Shown here piece after piece: positions 9,174 through 18,647 of a stretch of DNA of 64,000 bases (positions are counted from its first letter, which is position 1; every line of letters starts with the position of its first letter). Source of the stretch: an uncultured Thermoleophilia bacterium. GTDB taxonomy: Bacteria; Actinomycetota; Thermoleophilia; UBA2241. The DNA lies in NCBI GenBank assembly GCA_963715985.1, contig CAVQSP010000017.1:245346-309345 (forward strand). Direction: 5' to 3'. Below the pieces are notes generated by a model. It searched no databases. It was not told where the DNA came from and saw only the letters and a list, made by a program, of their open reading frames with translations. The position numbers and the translations under genes were made by a program.

Positions 9174-11012
9174 TCAGCTGATCTTGCCGGCGGCAAGCGG
9201 GTCGGTCGGCTTCGTTGATATCGGCATCGTGAAGATAAAGCTGGAGCCTTTGCCCAGCTTGCTCTGCAGACGGATAGAGCCGCCGTGAAGCTCGACGAGC
9301 TCCCTGACGATGGCCAGGCCGAGGCCGGTGCCGCCCTGCGAGCGGCTCGCCGACGAGTCGATCTGCGTGAACCGCTGGAACACCTTGTCCTGGTCCTCTT
9401 TGGCGATCCCCATGCCGGTGTCGTTGATCCAGATCTCCACCATGCCGTCCACGGTGCGCGCCTCGACGCTCACGCTGCCGTTCTCGTGGGTGTACTTGAT
9501 GCCGTTGGTGAGGAGGTTGAGGAGGATCTGGTTGAACTTGGCCGGGTCGGCGAGGATCAGCGGGAGATCGGTGGGGAGGAAGGTGGAGATGCGGATGTGC
9601 TTGTCCTGGGCGCGCGGCTTGACCACCGGCAGCACGCCGAGCAGGGCCGCGCGCAGGTCCACGGACTCGCGGTTGAGCTCGAGGCGCCCGGACTCGATCT
9701 TGGTCAGATCGAGGATGTCGTTGATGAGCCCCAGCAGCGCTTCGCCGCCCTTGAGGATGCTGTCGACGAAGGCCGACTGCTTCTCGTTGAGCTCGCCGGT
9801 CATGCCGCTGAGCAGCATGTCGCTGTAGCCGATGATGGAGGTGAGTGGGGTGCGCAGCTCGTGGCTCATGGTGGCCATGAAGTCGCTCTTGAGCTCGTCC
9901 AGATGGGTCAGCTCGCGGTTCTTGCGCGCCAGCTCTTCGTTGTACTGGATGTTGCGCACCACCAGCGCCACCTGGTCGCTGAGCGCGCGGAGCGTGGCCA
10001 CCGCGGGCTCACCGACGTCCTCGCCGGCGCGGTACAGCAGGCACATCGTGCCGAGCTGCTCGCTCTTGGCCTCCAGCGGGGCGCTGAGGAAGCCGTGGAA
10101 GCCCTCCTTCTCCAAGGCCTTGAGCAGGCGGCCCATGGTGGCGTCGGTGACGGTCTCGTGCTGGGCGGCACCGGCGCTCGCCACCTCGGCGATGCCGAGC
10201 TCGCGCAGCTTGCGCACGAGGGCCTCGTCCACCGGGCCGTGCACCGCCTTGATGTCGTGCTCTCCGGTGTTGTGATGGAGCACGAGGGCGAACCCCGCGC
10301 TCGTGCCGGTGGCGCCCATCACCTGCCGCAGCGCGTCGGGCATGAGCTCGTCGACCTCCTGGTGACGCAGGAACACGCGGCTGCTCTCGCTCATCACGCG
10401 CAGCTGCTCGTTGGTGGCCCTCATGCGACGCAGTTGGGCGTCCGTGTCGGCCTTGGCGTGGCTCAGCTGGACGGTGCTCTTGACCAGGGCGTTGGCCAGG
10501 CGCCCCGCGAGGAGCGCGACAAGGAGAAAGGCGGCCACATGCAGGCACACCGTCATGAGCATCCAGTTGGGGGGTGTGTCGATCTCGGCCACCATGGCTG
10601 TGGTATGCAAGATGTCGAAGTGCTGCAGCACCCAGATGCCGGCATAGGCGCCGCCGGCGACGACCGCTGCGGCGTACGGCACCCACGCCGGGAGGAACAC
10701 GGTGGCGAGGATGATGGGCCACACGTAGAACACGGCCACTGAGCTGAGCGCCCCTCCGCTGAAGACGATGGCGGCCGAGACGAGGGCCAGGTCGACGACT
10801 ACCATGACCCCGGTGAGCCGCTGCGGCTCGACTCTGTCCACGAGGAGGAAGAACGGGAGGTTGGCCGCGACCACGACCGCGACGGCCACACCGAGCTCGA
10901 CCGCGACCGCGCCGTGATCGTCGATCTGCACCCAGAGGACGCCGAGCAGCAGGGCCAGCGTGAACAGCAGGCGTGCCCAGAGCACCTCGTGTAGTTGCTT
11001 GCGCAGGTCCAT
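9174..11012 (-). CDS. Membrane sensor histidine kinase (multi-TM PilS-like N-terminus, GAF, HisKA, HATPase)
   Basis: MSHELRTPL H-box, NLLTNGIKYT, DTGMGI, GTGLGLAI; about 6 TM segments; start ATG 11012. Confidence 0.92.
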   Translation of the reverse strand: MDLRKQLHEVLWARLLFTLALLLGVLWVQIDDHGAVAVELGVAVAVVVAANLPFFLLVDRVEPQRLTGVMVVVDLALVSAAIVFSGGALSSVAVFYVWPIILATVFLPAWVPYAAAVVAGGAYAGIWVLQHFDILHTTAMVAEIDTPPNWMLMTVCLHVAAFLLVALLAGRLANALVKSTVQLSHAKADTDAQLRRMRATNEQLRVMSESSRVFLRHQEVDELMPDALRQVMGATGTSAGFALVLHHNTGEHDIKAVHGPVDEALVRKLRELGIAEVASAGAAQHETVTDATMGRLLKALEKEGFHGFLSAPLEAKSEQLGTMCLLYRAGEDVGEPAVATLRALSDQVALVVRNIQYNEELARKNRELTHLDELKSDFMATMSHELRTPLTSIIGYSDMLLSGMTGELNEKQSAFVDSILKGGEALLGLINDILDLTKIESGRLELNRESVDLRAALLGVLPVVKPRAQDKHIRISTFLPTDLPLILADPAKFNQILLNLLTNGIKYTHENGSVSVEARTVDGMVEIWINDTGMGIAKEDQDKVFQRFTQIDSSASRSQGGTGLGLAIVRELVELHGGSIRLQSKLGKGSSFIFTMPISTKPTDPLAAGKIS

Positions 11013-11139
11013 GGCCTCGCTCGTCTCCCGGCGCTGAAGGTTCGGCGGGTAAGGTATTCTATCTCGGGACCTGACGTTCGTGTGGTGTGCGCACCGCGTG
11101 CTCCCGGCGAGCGCGGCTTGCCGAAAGGAGGACCCCGTC

Positions 11140-12519
11140 ATGTCGGTGCCCCGGCTCGTGCTCTGCGGGCTCGAGCCCGGTCCGGCCCTCGCCCTGGTCG
11201 CGGGCGCGCTGCTGGCGCGTTGCGAGGGCGAGCGCACAGCCCGGGCCGTGAGCGTGGGTGTCGACCTCCCCCTGTGGCGGCTGCTCAACGCAAGCCCCGG
11301 CAGGGCCCCGCGCGTGCTGGACCCCGCCCTCCACGACGATTCCATGCTGGAGCTCTACGACTCGTGGAGCTCGGGCTGCGACCTCGTGCTCATCGTCAGC
11401 GTCGAGCCCGTGCTGGATCGCTGGCAGGGCGTCAAGGGGTCACGCGCCGTGGACGTGGCCGCCGGCCTCGACGCGCCGCTCGTGCTCGTCCTGGACGCCC
11501 GCGAACGCGGCGCGACCGTGGCGGCGGCGGCCTACGGCGTCCGCGCCATGGCGGGCCGCGTCGAGCTCGCGGGCGTCATCGTCGTGGGCGGCGACGAGCG
11601 CGGCGCGGGAGCCGAGCTCGGGCACCTCCTGCGCACTCAGGTCGGCGTGCCCATCCTCGGCTGGATGCCGCCGCAGCTCAGCGAGCAGTTCGCGCGGCAG
11701 TACAGCTCCGCCGCCGGCGGCGGCGTGCGGCAGATCGGGCCGCGCCCCGTCAAAGGCGGCGAGCAGCGGCTCTGCAAGGAGGCGGCCACGTACCTCGACG
11801 ACGCCGAGCTCATGGGGGCCGCCACGCGCCGCGGCTTCGTGCCGGCGCGGGCACGGCGCCTGCTCACGCCGGCGCCGGCCGCCCACGGCCTCACGCTGGC
11901 CGTGGCGTGGGGGCCGCCGCTCGAACCCTTTGCGCTCGAGAACGTCGATCTCCTTCAGGCTATGGGCGTCACGCTGGCACCGTTCAACGTCTCGCGCGAC
12001 CGCGAGCTGCCGCCGGAGACGAGCGGGCTGCTCATCGCCGGCGTCCTGGACGAGGAGGAGCTGCCGGCCTTCGCCGCCAACACACCCCTCAAGGAGACGC
12101 TGGCGCATGCCATCGCGGACGGCCTGCCCACGCTCGCCATGGGCGGCGGGGCCCTGCTGCTGCTGGGCCGCCTGGCCGACAGCCGCGGGAGGTCGCACGA
12201 GCTCGCCGGAGTGCTGCCCGCCGAGGCTGAACTGCTGGAGTGGTACGAGCGTCCCCGCTACGTGCGTGCGCAGGCCACGCCGCTGAACCCGTTCGACCGT
12301 GGGGACAACGTGCTGTACGAGCTGTTCGATCTCGAGTTCCTCCTGCTCGAGCAGGAGTCGTTCGCCTACCAGGTCGGCGCTCCGGGCGAGGAGGGGCAGG
12401 CCGAGGGGTTCGCCCGCGGGCGCTGCCTCGCCACCACCCTGTACGCCTCGCTGCCCCGTTGTCCCGCGATGGCGGCCTGCCTCCTCGAGGCCATGCGCCT
12501 GGAGGGGCCGCGCCCGTGA
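11140..12519 (+). CDS. CobB/CbiA (cobyrinate a,c-diamide synthase)-like protein with degenerate catalytic motifs
   Basis: Fold markers present (PLVLVLDA...AAAAYG, LAGVI, VPILG, ENVDLL, D-x-ELP, GVLP) but P-loop and amidotransferase Cys absent; AAGGAGG RBS. Confidence 0.7.
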   Translation: MSVPRLVLCGLEPGPALALVAGALLARCEGERTARAVSVGVDLPLWRLLNASPGRAPRVLDPALHDDSMLELYDSWSSGCDLVLIVSVEPVLDRWQGVKGSRAVDVAAGLDAPLVLVLDARERGATVAAAAYGVRAMAGRVELAGVIVVGGDERGAGAELGHLLRTQVGVPILGWMPPQLSEQFARQYSSAAGGGVRQIGPRPVKGGEQRLCKEAATYLDDAELMGAATRRGFVPARARRLLTPAPAAHGLTLAVAWGPPLEPFALENVDLLQAMGVTLAPFNVSRDRELPPETSGLLIAGVLDEEELPAFAANTPLKETLAHAIADGLPTLAMGGGALLLLGRLADSRGRSHELAGVLPAEAELLEWYERPRYVRAQATPLNPFDRGDNVLYELFDLEFLLLEQESFAYQVGAPGEEGQAEGFARGRCLATTLYASLPRCPAMAACLLEAMRLEGPRP

Positions 12520-14234
12520 ACGCGCGCGCCGCCGCCCTGCCCGCGGTCCGCGCCATCCGCTGGCCGGCCCGCGATTCCATCGTGTGGCTCACGCTCGTCC
12601 CCATGGCGGCGCTCGCGCTCGCCAGCCTGGCGATGTACCTGCTGGGCATCTCCGGGGGGGACGACCCGGCTCACCTCTACAAGATCGCCCTGCTCCGCGA
12701 CGGCCAGTCGGTGATCTGGGACAACTACTGGTACGGCGGATCCTACGGCGCCCTCACCTACGGCCTCGTCTACTACTGGCTGGCGCAGTTCGTGCCGGGC
12801 GTGCTCATCACCGTGATCGCCGGCGGGTCGCTGCCCGTGCTGTTCCATCTCTACCTGCGCGACGGCTGGGGCATCGGCTCGCGCGCCCCGGCGTGGACCC
12901 TGGCGGCGGCCATGGTCGTCTACCTCGCCTGGGGCCAGTCGCCCTTCCTGCTCGCCATGAGCCTCACCATGGCCGGGCTCGTGCTCGTCGCTCGGGGGCG
13001 GCCGTACCTCGGCGCCGTGCCCTGTGCCCTCGGCGTGTTCACCAACCCGCTGGCCCTGGTGACGGGCGGGGTCTTCCTGCTCGCGGCCCTGGCCGGCCGG
13101 CCCGAGTCTCGTCGCCAGGTCGTGCGCTTCGTCCTCGCGATGCTGCCTGTGGTGGCGGTCCGCGTGGCGCTTGCCGCCGTGTTCGCGGCTCCGTCCTGGG
13201 AGTTCCACTACGCCGCGGAGCTCGCCGGGCTCGCCGCCGTCGCGCTCATCGGCATCGCCCTGGCGCGCACGTCGCCCGACGCCGACCGCCGCCCTATGCA
13301 GTGGATCTTCGTGGCGCTCCTCGCCATCGTCGTGCCCGCCTACCTGGTGCCGGACTCGCAGATCGGCAGCAACGCGGGCAGGTTCTTCTACGTGTTCGGC
13401 GGTCCGCTGCTGGTCGCCGTGGCCTGGCCGACGAGGATCCACCGCGTGCTGCCGGTGCTGGCCGTGGCGGTGGTGCTGGTCTTCCAGCTCGCCTTCCCGG
13501 TGTGGATGCTGGCGCGCGCACAATCCTTCACGGCCACGCGCGCCGCCTTCTTCGCGCCCGCCCTGGACTACGCCGCGCGCGTCTACGAGCCCGGCTATCG
13601 CTTTCACGTGGTCACGCCGGAGATGCACTGGGAGTCGTACTACTTCCCCGCCGCCGGGTACCCCATCACGCGCGGCTGGTATCGCCAGGCGGACGCGTTG
13701 CACAACGACGAGCTGTACGACAAGAAGCTGGATGCCGCGAGCTATGCCTTGTGGTTGCGGCGCATGGGCGTGGAGTACATCTTCGTGCCCCATGCCCCGC
13801 TGGTCTCCACGTCCCGGCGGGAGGCGGAGATCCTCGCCCGCTCGGGTGAGTTCCGGCTGGTCTACCGCGACGCGGACTGGACCGTCTACCGGCTGCGGGA
13901 CAGCGAACCTCTCGTGGTGCCGCTGGAGCAGGCCGGCGCCCAGGTGTTCGCCGTGGACCACACCAGCATCCGCTTCGGCGTGACACGCCCCGGCCCGTAC
14001 CTGGTCAAGGTCACCTGGTCGCCCTTCTGGCGCGTGGCGCGGCAGCCCGCCAGCCCTGCGCTGCAGGGCCGCTACGGCCGCGCCGGCGCCTGGACGACCG
14101 ACACCCTGCAGCCCGGCAAGCAGCCTCTGGGCAAGGACTCGCACGGGTTCATCGTCTTCGACGCGCCGTCCGCCGGCATCTACGAGCTGCGCTTCGACGT
14201 GGCGGGCACGGCTGAGGCGGAACTCACGCAGTGA
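12516..14234 (+). CDS. Polytopic membrane protein, GT-C glycosyltransferase-like (paralog 1)
   Basis: Acidic GGDDPAH after TM1, WDNYWYGG, more than 10 TMs, RGWYRQAD, soluble C-terminus; GTGA overlap with upstream gene. Confidence 0.7.
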   Translation: MNARAAALPAVRAIRWPARDSIVWLTLVPMAALALASLAMYLLGISGGDDPAHLYKIALLRDGQSVIWDNYWYGGSYGALTYGLVYYWLAQFVPGVLITVIAGGSLPVLFHLYLRDGWGIGSRAPAWTLAAAMVVYLAWGQSPFLLAMSLTMAGLVLVARGRPYLGAVPCALGVFTNPLALVTGGVFLLAALAGRPESRRQVVRFVLAMLPVVAVRVALAAVFAAPSWEFHYAAELAGLAAVALIGIALARTSPDADRRPMQWIFVALLAIVVPAYLVPDSQIGSNAGRFFYVFGGPLLVAVAWPTRIHRVLPVLAVAVVLVFQLAFPVWMLARAQSFTATRAAFFAPALDYAARVYEPGYRFHVVTPEMHWESYYFPAAGYPITRGWYRQADALHNDELYDKKLDAASYALWLRRMGVEYIFVPHAPLVSTSRREAEILARSGEFRLVYRDADWTVYRLRDSEPLVVPLEQAGAQVFAVDHTSIRFGVTRPGPYLVKVTWSPFWRVARQPASPALQGRYGRAGAWTTDTLQPGKQPLGKDSHGFIVFDAPSAGIYELRFDVAGTAEAELTQ

Positions 14235-14247
14235 CGCCACCGCCGGC

Positions 14248-15921
14248 ATGCGGGGCGGAGCACACGCGGTGACGCTGGGGGGCATCGAGGCGCGCCTCAA
14301 GTCGCGGCGCGGCATCCTGGCGCTGTGGCTTGCCGCCACGGCCGGCGCCGCGCTGGTCGCCGTCCTCATGGCGGCCGGCGGGGTGCCCGGCTGGGACGAC
14401 GCGGCGCACGTCTACAAGGTCTTCCTGCTGCGCCACGGGCAGTCGGTGTTCTGGGACGACTTCTGGTACGGCGGCGGGTACGGCGCCATCGACTACGGCT
14501 TCGTCTTCTACTGGCTCGCCCAGTACATCCCGGCCAAGGTCATCGTCGTGATCGCCGCCGGCGCGCTGGCGCCGCTGTACTACATCTACCAGCGCTCCAT
14601 GTGGCGCATCGACGACGTGTGGCCCGCCTGGGCTTTCGCCGGCATCATGAGCGTGTACCTCGCTCACGGGCAGGACCCGTTCGTGTTCGCTCTGGCCCTC
14701 ACGATGGGCGGGCTCGCCGTCCTCGCGCGCGGGCACCCCCTGCTGGCGGCCGTCCCCGCGGCCGTGGCCGTGTTCGCCAACCCCATGGCGTTCGTGGTCT
14801 GTACGCCGCTCATGGTGGCCGACGTGCTGGGCCGTCCGGAGTGCCGCCGCCGGTACCTCTGGTTCTTCGCCGCGCTGGCCCCGTTCGTCCTCGTGCGCCT
14901 GCTCATGGGCTGGGCGTTCAGCGAGCCCGGCGACTACCTCAACGAGACGTCCCAGCTGATGCTGTACCTGGGGTTCGCCCTCGCCGGGCTCGCCCTGGCC
15001 GGCGTGAACGCGGCGCACCCGCGCCGGCCGTTCATCATCCTCTTCCTCACATACTCGGCCATCTGCGTGCTGTCATTTGTCACGCCGGGAAGCCCTCTGG
15101 GCAACAACATCGGGCGCTTCTTCTTCGTGTTCGGCCTGCCGCTGCTGCTTCTGTTGCGGCACACGCGCCTTCAGCGGCCGTTCCCCTACGGCGACCTGGC
15201 CGTCATCCCCATCGTCCTGTTCGCCTTGCTGCAGGTGAGCGCCCCGTACAGCCACTTCACCCGTACCGACGAGTGGCCGCAGACGCGCGCCGGCTTCTTC
15301 GCCCCGGCGCTCACGGCGGCGGCGAAGTACTACGATCCCAACTACCGCCTGCATGTGGTCGCCTTGCGGCGGCACTGGGAGGCGCTGTACTTCCCCGAGG
15401 CCGGCTATCCCATCACCCGGGGGTGGTACCGGCAGGCGGACGCCATCCACAACGGCCTCTTCTACACGCACTACGACGCCGCGGCCTACGAGGCGTGGCT
15501 GCGCCACATGGGGGTGCAGTACATCTTCCTCGCGGACGCGCCGCTGGACGCCTGGAGCCAGCGGGAGGTGCGGATCCTGCAGACGTCGCCGGCGTTCGAG
15601 GTGGTGGAGCACACGGGCGTCTGGACGGTCTATCGCTTCCGCGACGCGGAGCCGCTGCTCGTGGGCCTGGACGGCGGCAGCGGCACGGTGGACCGTGTCG
15701 GTCACCGCTTCGTCGACGTGACGGTGACCGCCGCCGGCGACTACAAGCTGAAGTTCTCCTGGTCCCCGTACTGGGTCCTGGAGGGCGGGGCGGGGACGCT
15801 GTCGCGCTCGCCGGACGGCCTCATCCGGTTGCACACTGATGCCGCCGGGCCCTACACGGTGCGCTTCGACGTCACTCCGGCGCGCGTGCTGGACACGTCG
15901 CTGGGGAGGCTCGGGCTGTAG
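14248..15921 (+). CDS. Polytopic membrane protein, GT-C glycosyltransferase-like (paralog 2)
   Basis: GWDDAAH, WDDFWYGG, YFPEAGYPITRGWYRQAD shared with the upstream paralog. Confidence 0.7.
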   Translation: MRGGAHAVTLGGIEARLKSRRGILALWLAATAGAALVAVLMAAGGVPGWDDAAHVYKVFLLRHGQSVFWDDFWYGGGYGAIDYGFVFYWLAQYIPAKVIVVIAAGALAPLYYIYQRSMWRIDDVWPAWAFAGIMSVYLAHGQDPFVFALALTMGGLAVLARGHPLLAAVPAAVAVFANPMAFVVCTPLMVADVLGRPECRRRYLWFFAALAPFVLVRLLMGWAFSEPGDYLNETSQLMLYLGFALAGLALAGVNAAHPRRPFIILFLTYSAICVLSFVTPGSPLGNNIGRFFFVFGLPLLLLLRHTRLQRPFPYGDLAVIPIVLFALLQVSAPYSHFTRTDEWPQTRAGFFAPALTAAAKYYDPNYRLHVVALRRHWEALYFPEAGYPITRGWYRQADAIHNGLFYTHYDAAAYEAWLRHMGVQYIFLADAPLDAWSQREVRILQTSPAFEVVEHTGVWTVYRFRDAEPLLVGLDGGSGTVDRVGHRFVDVTVTAAGDYKLKFSWSPYWVLEGGAGTLSRSPDGLIRLHTDAAGPYTVRFDVTPARVLDTSLGRLGL

Positions 15922-15962
15922 CGACGGCGGGTGTGCCGAGAGGCCTGGTGTACACTCCGCCC

Positions 15963-17060
15963 ATGCCGCCCGAGCGCCTGCCCGCCGACCTCTTCGACCT
16001 CCCCGTGGACCGCATCCGCGAGGGCTTCTACACCGACGCCTACTTCAACGGCAGCCGCCGCGTGCTCGAGGAGCAGGGCCTGCACCCGAGGGTCACCATG
16101 CAGGTGTTCCAGAAGCAGGAAGGCTCGCTGCTCTGCGGCATCGACGAGGCGCTCGCCGTGCTGCGCCTGTGCGCCGGACGCTTCACCGGGGACGGGGACG
16201 ATCGTCACTGGGAGCCCGGCTGGGATCAGCTCGTGATCCACGCCCTCCACGATGGCGACGAGCTCGAGCCCTGGGAGACGGTGCTCACGATCGAAGGCGA
16301 CTACAGCCTCTTCGCCCACCTCGAGACCGTGTACCTCGGCGTGCTGGCGCGGCGCACGCTGATCGCGAGCAACGTGCGCCGGGTAGTCAAGGCGGCGGCC
16401 GGCAAGTCCGTCCTGTACTTCCCGGCGCGCTTCGACCTGTTCGCCGCCCAGCCCGGCGACGGCTACGCCGCCCGCGTGGGCGGCGCCGGCGGCGTGAGCA
16501 CGGACGCGCAAGGTTCCTGGTGGGGCGGGGAGGGCGTGGGCACCGTGCCGCACGCCCTCATCGCCGCCTGCGGCGGCGACACGGTGGAGGCCGTGCGCCG
16601 CTTCGCCGACGTCTTCTACCCGGCGCACCGCATCACGGCGCTCGTGGACTTCGACAACGACTGCGTCGCCACAAGCCTCGCCTGCGCCCGCGCTCTGGGT
16701 GAGCGGCTGTGGGGCGTGCGCCTGGACACGAGCGAGAGCCTCGTCGACCGCTCGCTCTGGAGCACGATGGGGAGCTTCAGCCCCGTCGGCGTCGCGCCCG
16801 AGCTCGTCCACGCCGTGCGCGGGGCGCTGGACGCCGAGGGCTTCCAGCACGTGCGCATCGTCGTCAGCGGCGGCTTCGACGCCGACCGCATCCACCGCTT
16901 CGAGGCGGCCGGCGTCCCTGTGGACGCCTACGGGGTCGGCAGCAGCCTGTTGCGCGGCTCCACGGACTTCACCGCCGACGTGGTGCAGCTCGAGGGCCGC
17001 CCGTGCGCCAAGGTCGGGCGCGCCCTGCGGCCGAACCCCCGACTGGAGCGCGTGTGCTGA
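15963..17060 (+). CDS. pncB: Nicotinate phosphoribosyltransferase
   Basis: YTDAYF, GTVPHALI, LVDFDND, GVRLDTS, IVVSGGF, YGVGS, DFTADVV; adjacent to nicotinamidase. Confidence 0.85.
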   Translation: MPPERLPADLFDLPVDRIREGFYTDAYFNGSRRVLEEQGLHPRVTMQVFQKQEGSLLCGIDEALAVLRLCAGRFTGDGDDRHWEPGWDQLVIHALHDGDELEPWETVLTIEGDYSLFAHLETVYLGVLARRTLIASNVRRVVKAAAGKSVLYFPARFDLFAAQPGDGYAARVGGAGGVSTDAQGSWWGGEGVGTVPHALIAACGGDTVEAVRRFADVFYPAHRITALVDFDNDCVATSLACARALGERLWGVRLDTSESLVDRSLWSTMGSFSPVGVAPELVHAVRGALDAEGFQHVRIVVSGGFDADRIHRFEAAGVPVDAYGVGSSLLRGSTDFTADVVQLEGRPCAKVGRALRPNPRLERVC

Positions 17061-17086
17061 GCTCCACAGCAGGGAATCCCCGGGGC

Positions 17087-17641
17087 ATGGACGAGCAAGC
17101 GCCCGCGCCGCGCACGGCGGTCATCGTCATCGACATGCTGGTGGGGTTCTGCAAGCACGGCAACCTCTTCAGTCCCCGCTACGCGCCGCTCATCCCCAGG
17201 CTCGAGCGGCACCTCGCCGAGGCCGAGGCCGCCGGCGCTCACGCCGTCTTCCTCGCCGACACGCACGCCGCCGACGATCCGGAGTTCCGCATCTTCCCGC
17301 CCCACTGCGTGGAAGGGTCCGGGGAAGAGGTGGTCGTGCCCGAGCTGGCCGGGTTCGCGGAGCGTGGGACGCTGGTGCGCAAGCACACGTTCTCGGGGTT
17401 CCGGGGCACCGAGCTGGACGAGGTGCTGCGGCGCCTGGCGCCGGCGCGCGTGGAGGTCGCCGGCGTGTGCACCGACATCTGCGTGCTGCACACGGTGTAC
17501 GACCTGCAGGTCCGCGGCTACGAGGTCGTGGTGCGGCGGGACCTCGTGGAGACGTACGACGCCCCGGACCACGACGCGGCCGAGTTCAACCGCTTCGCGC
17601 TGGGGCACATCCGGGACGTGCTGGGGGCCACTGTGGAGTGA
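17087..17641 (+). CDS. pncA: Nicotinamidase/isochorismatase family cysteine hydrolase
   Basis: VIDMLVGF, D-T-H..DD-P-E-F..FPPHC, K-x-T-F-S-G-F, GVCTDICV. Confidence 0.85.
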   Translation: MDEQAPAPRTAVIVIDMLVGFCKHGNLFSPRYAPLIPRLERHLAEAEAAGAHAVFLADTHAADDPEFRIFPPHCVEGSGEEVVVPELAGFAERGTLVRKHTFSGFRGTELDEVLRRLAPARVEVAGVCTDICVLHTVYDLQVRGYEVVVRRDLVETYDAPDHDAAEFNRFALGHIRDVLGATVE

Positions 17642-17647
17642 CGCGCG

Positions 17648-17761
17648 CTGCGGTGGTCACTGAGCGGAGCCCCTGCGGCGCTCCCCTCGTTGACCCGCCT
17701 GCGGTGGTCACTGAGCGGAGCCCCTCCGGCGCTCCCCTCGTTGACCCGCCTGCGGTGGTCA
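17648..17761. repeat. 51-bp tandem repeat, about 2.2 copies, between convergent genes
   Basis: Units start at 17648, 17699 and 17750; one mismatch between full copies; internal GGAGC...GCTCC hairpin. Confidence 0.85.
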
Positions 17762-18391
17762 ATCGGAGCTCGAGGTGTCGCCGGACTGCTCGCCCTCCAG
17801 CAGGTCGACGAAGCTCTGGGACCGGCGCCCGATGAGCGACTTCGGGTCCAGCTTGGCGGCGATGGCCCACTCCTGTCTCGCCTCGTCGGACCGGTCGGTG
17901 GAGAAGTAGATGATGGCCATGGAGTAGTGGGCCTCCTGGTCATCGGGCTGCTTGTCGAGCACCTGCTTGACGGCCTTCTCCGCGCGCGCCGTGTCGCCGT
18001 CCGCGTGCCACACCATGGCCAGGCGCACGGTGGCCGTGGCGTTGCCGGGATCGAGGCGCAGGACCTCCTCGTAGGCGCGCGACGAGCGCTTGTAGCTCTG
18101 TCCGAGATAGTACGCGTCGCCCAACTTGAGCAGCGTGGCGACGTCCGTGGGGTCCTTGGCGCTGGCGCTCTCGAGCTTGGCGATCTTCTTCTGGATGGAC
18201 GCGTCCGCGGTTGGCCCCGGCGTAGGCTCGCCGCCCTTGCCGGCCACCGTGGGGTGCCCCGACGGGAGGCCAGGGTCGGCAGTACTGCCGGCGGCGCCGG
18301 AGGCGCCGCCCGTCCGCAGTCCCACGGCCACGATCACAGCTGCCAGCGCGAGTGCGACGGCCACGCCGGCGAGCAGGTAGTGTCTCCTCAA
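17759..18391 (-). CDS. Membrane-anchored TPR protein (start uncertain, TTG 18391 preferred)
   Basis: N-terminal TM, G/P linker, TPR helices (LGDAYY..YEEVLRLDPGN, AHYSMAIIYF). Confidence 0.8.
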   Translation of the reverse strand: MRRHYLLAGVAVALALAAVIVAVGLRTGGASGAAGSTADPGLPSGHPTVAGKGGEPTPGPTADASIQKKIAKLESASAKDPTDVATLLKLGDAYYLGQSYKRSSRAYEEVLRLDPGNATATVRLAMVWHADGDTARAEKAVKQVLDKQPDDQEAHYSMAIIYFSTDRSDEARQEWAIAAKLDPKSLIGRRSQSFVDLLEGEQSGDTSSSD

Positions 18392-18566
18392 ACGTTTCCT
18401 TCCGCGCCAGGAGGTACCGGAGCGCTGGCAGGATAGCACCGCGTGCAGCCTGTTTCGACCGGCCGCGCCCCGCTTGGAGCGTGAGCGCGAGGAGCCTCTA
18501 ACCAAGCTTAACCGCGCCTTAACACGCGCTCGGCGATGGCCCCTTTCGCGGGCGGCGGCGGCCCTG

Positions 18567-18621
18567 TTGACGCTGCCCGCCGCCGGGGATAGAGTTCAAA
18601 AAGACCGTTTCTGTCCGGTCT
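18567..18621 (+). promoter_or_regulatory. sigma70-type promoter and operator of the Rrf2 gene
   Basis: TTGACG-N17-TAGAGT (about 18567-18595) followed by palindrome AGACCG-N8-CGGTCT (18602-18621). Confidence 0.65.
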
Positions 18622-18647
18622 CGGCCAGAGCCAGAAAGGGAGCGGGA

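Noticed and set aside
17648-17761. CRISPR array
   Set aside because: Units are contiguous near-identical 51-mers with no unique spacers, and no cas genes are present
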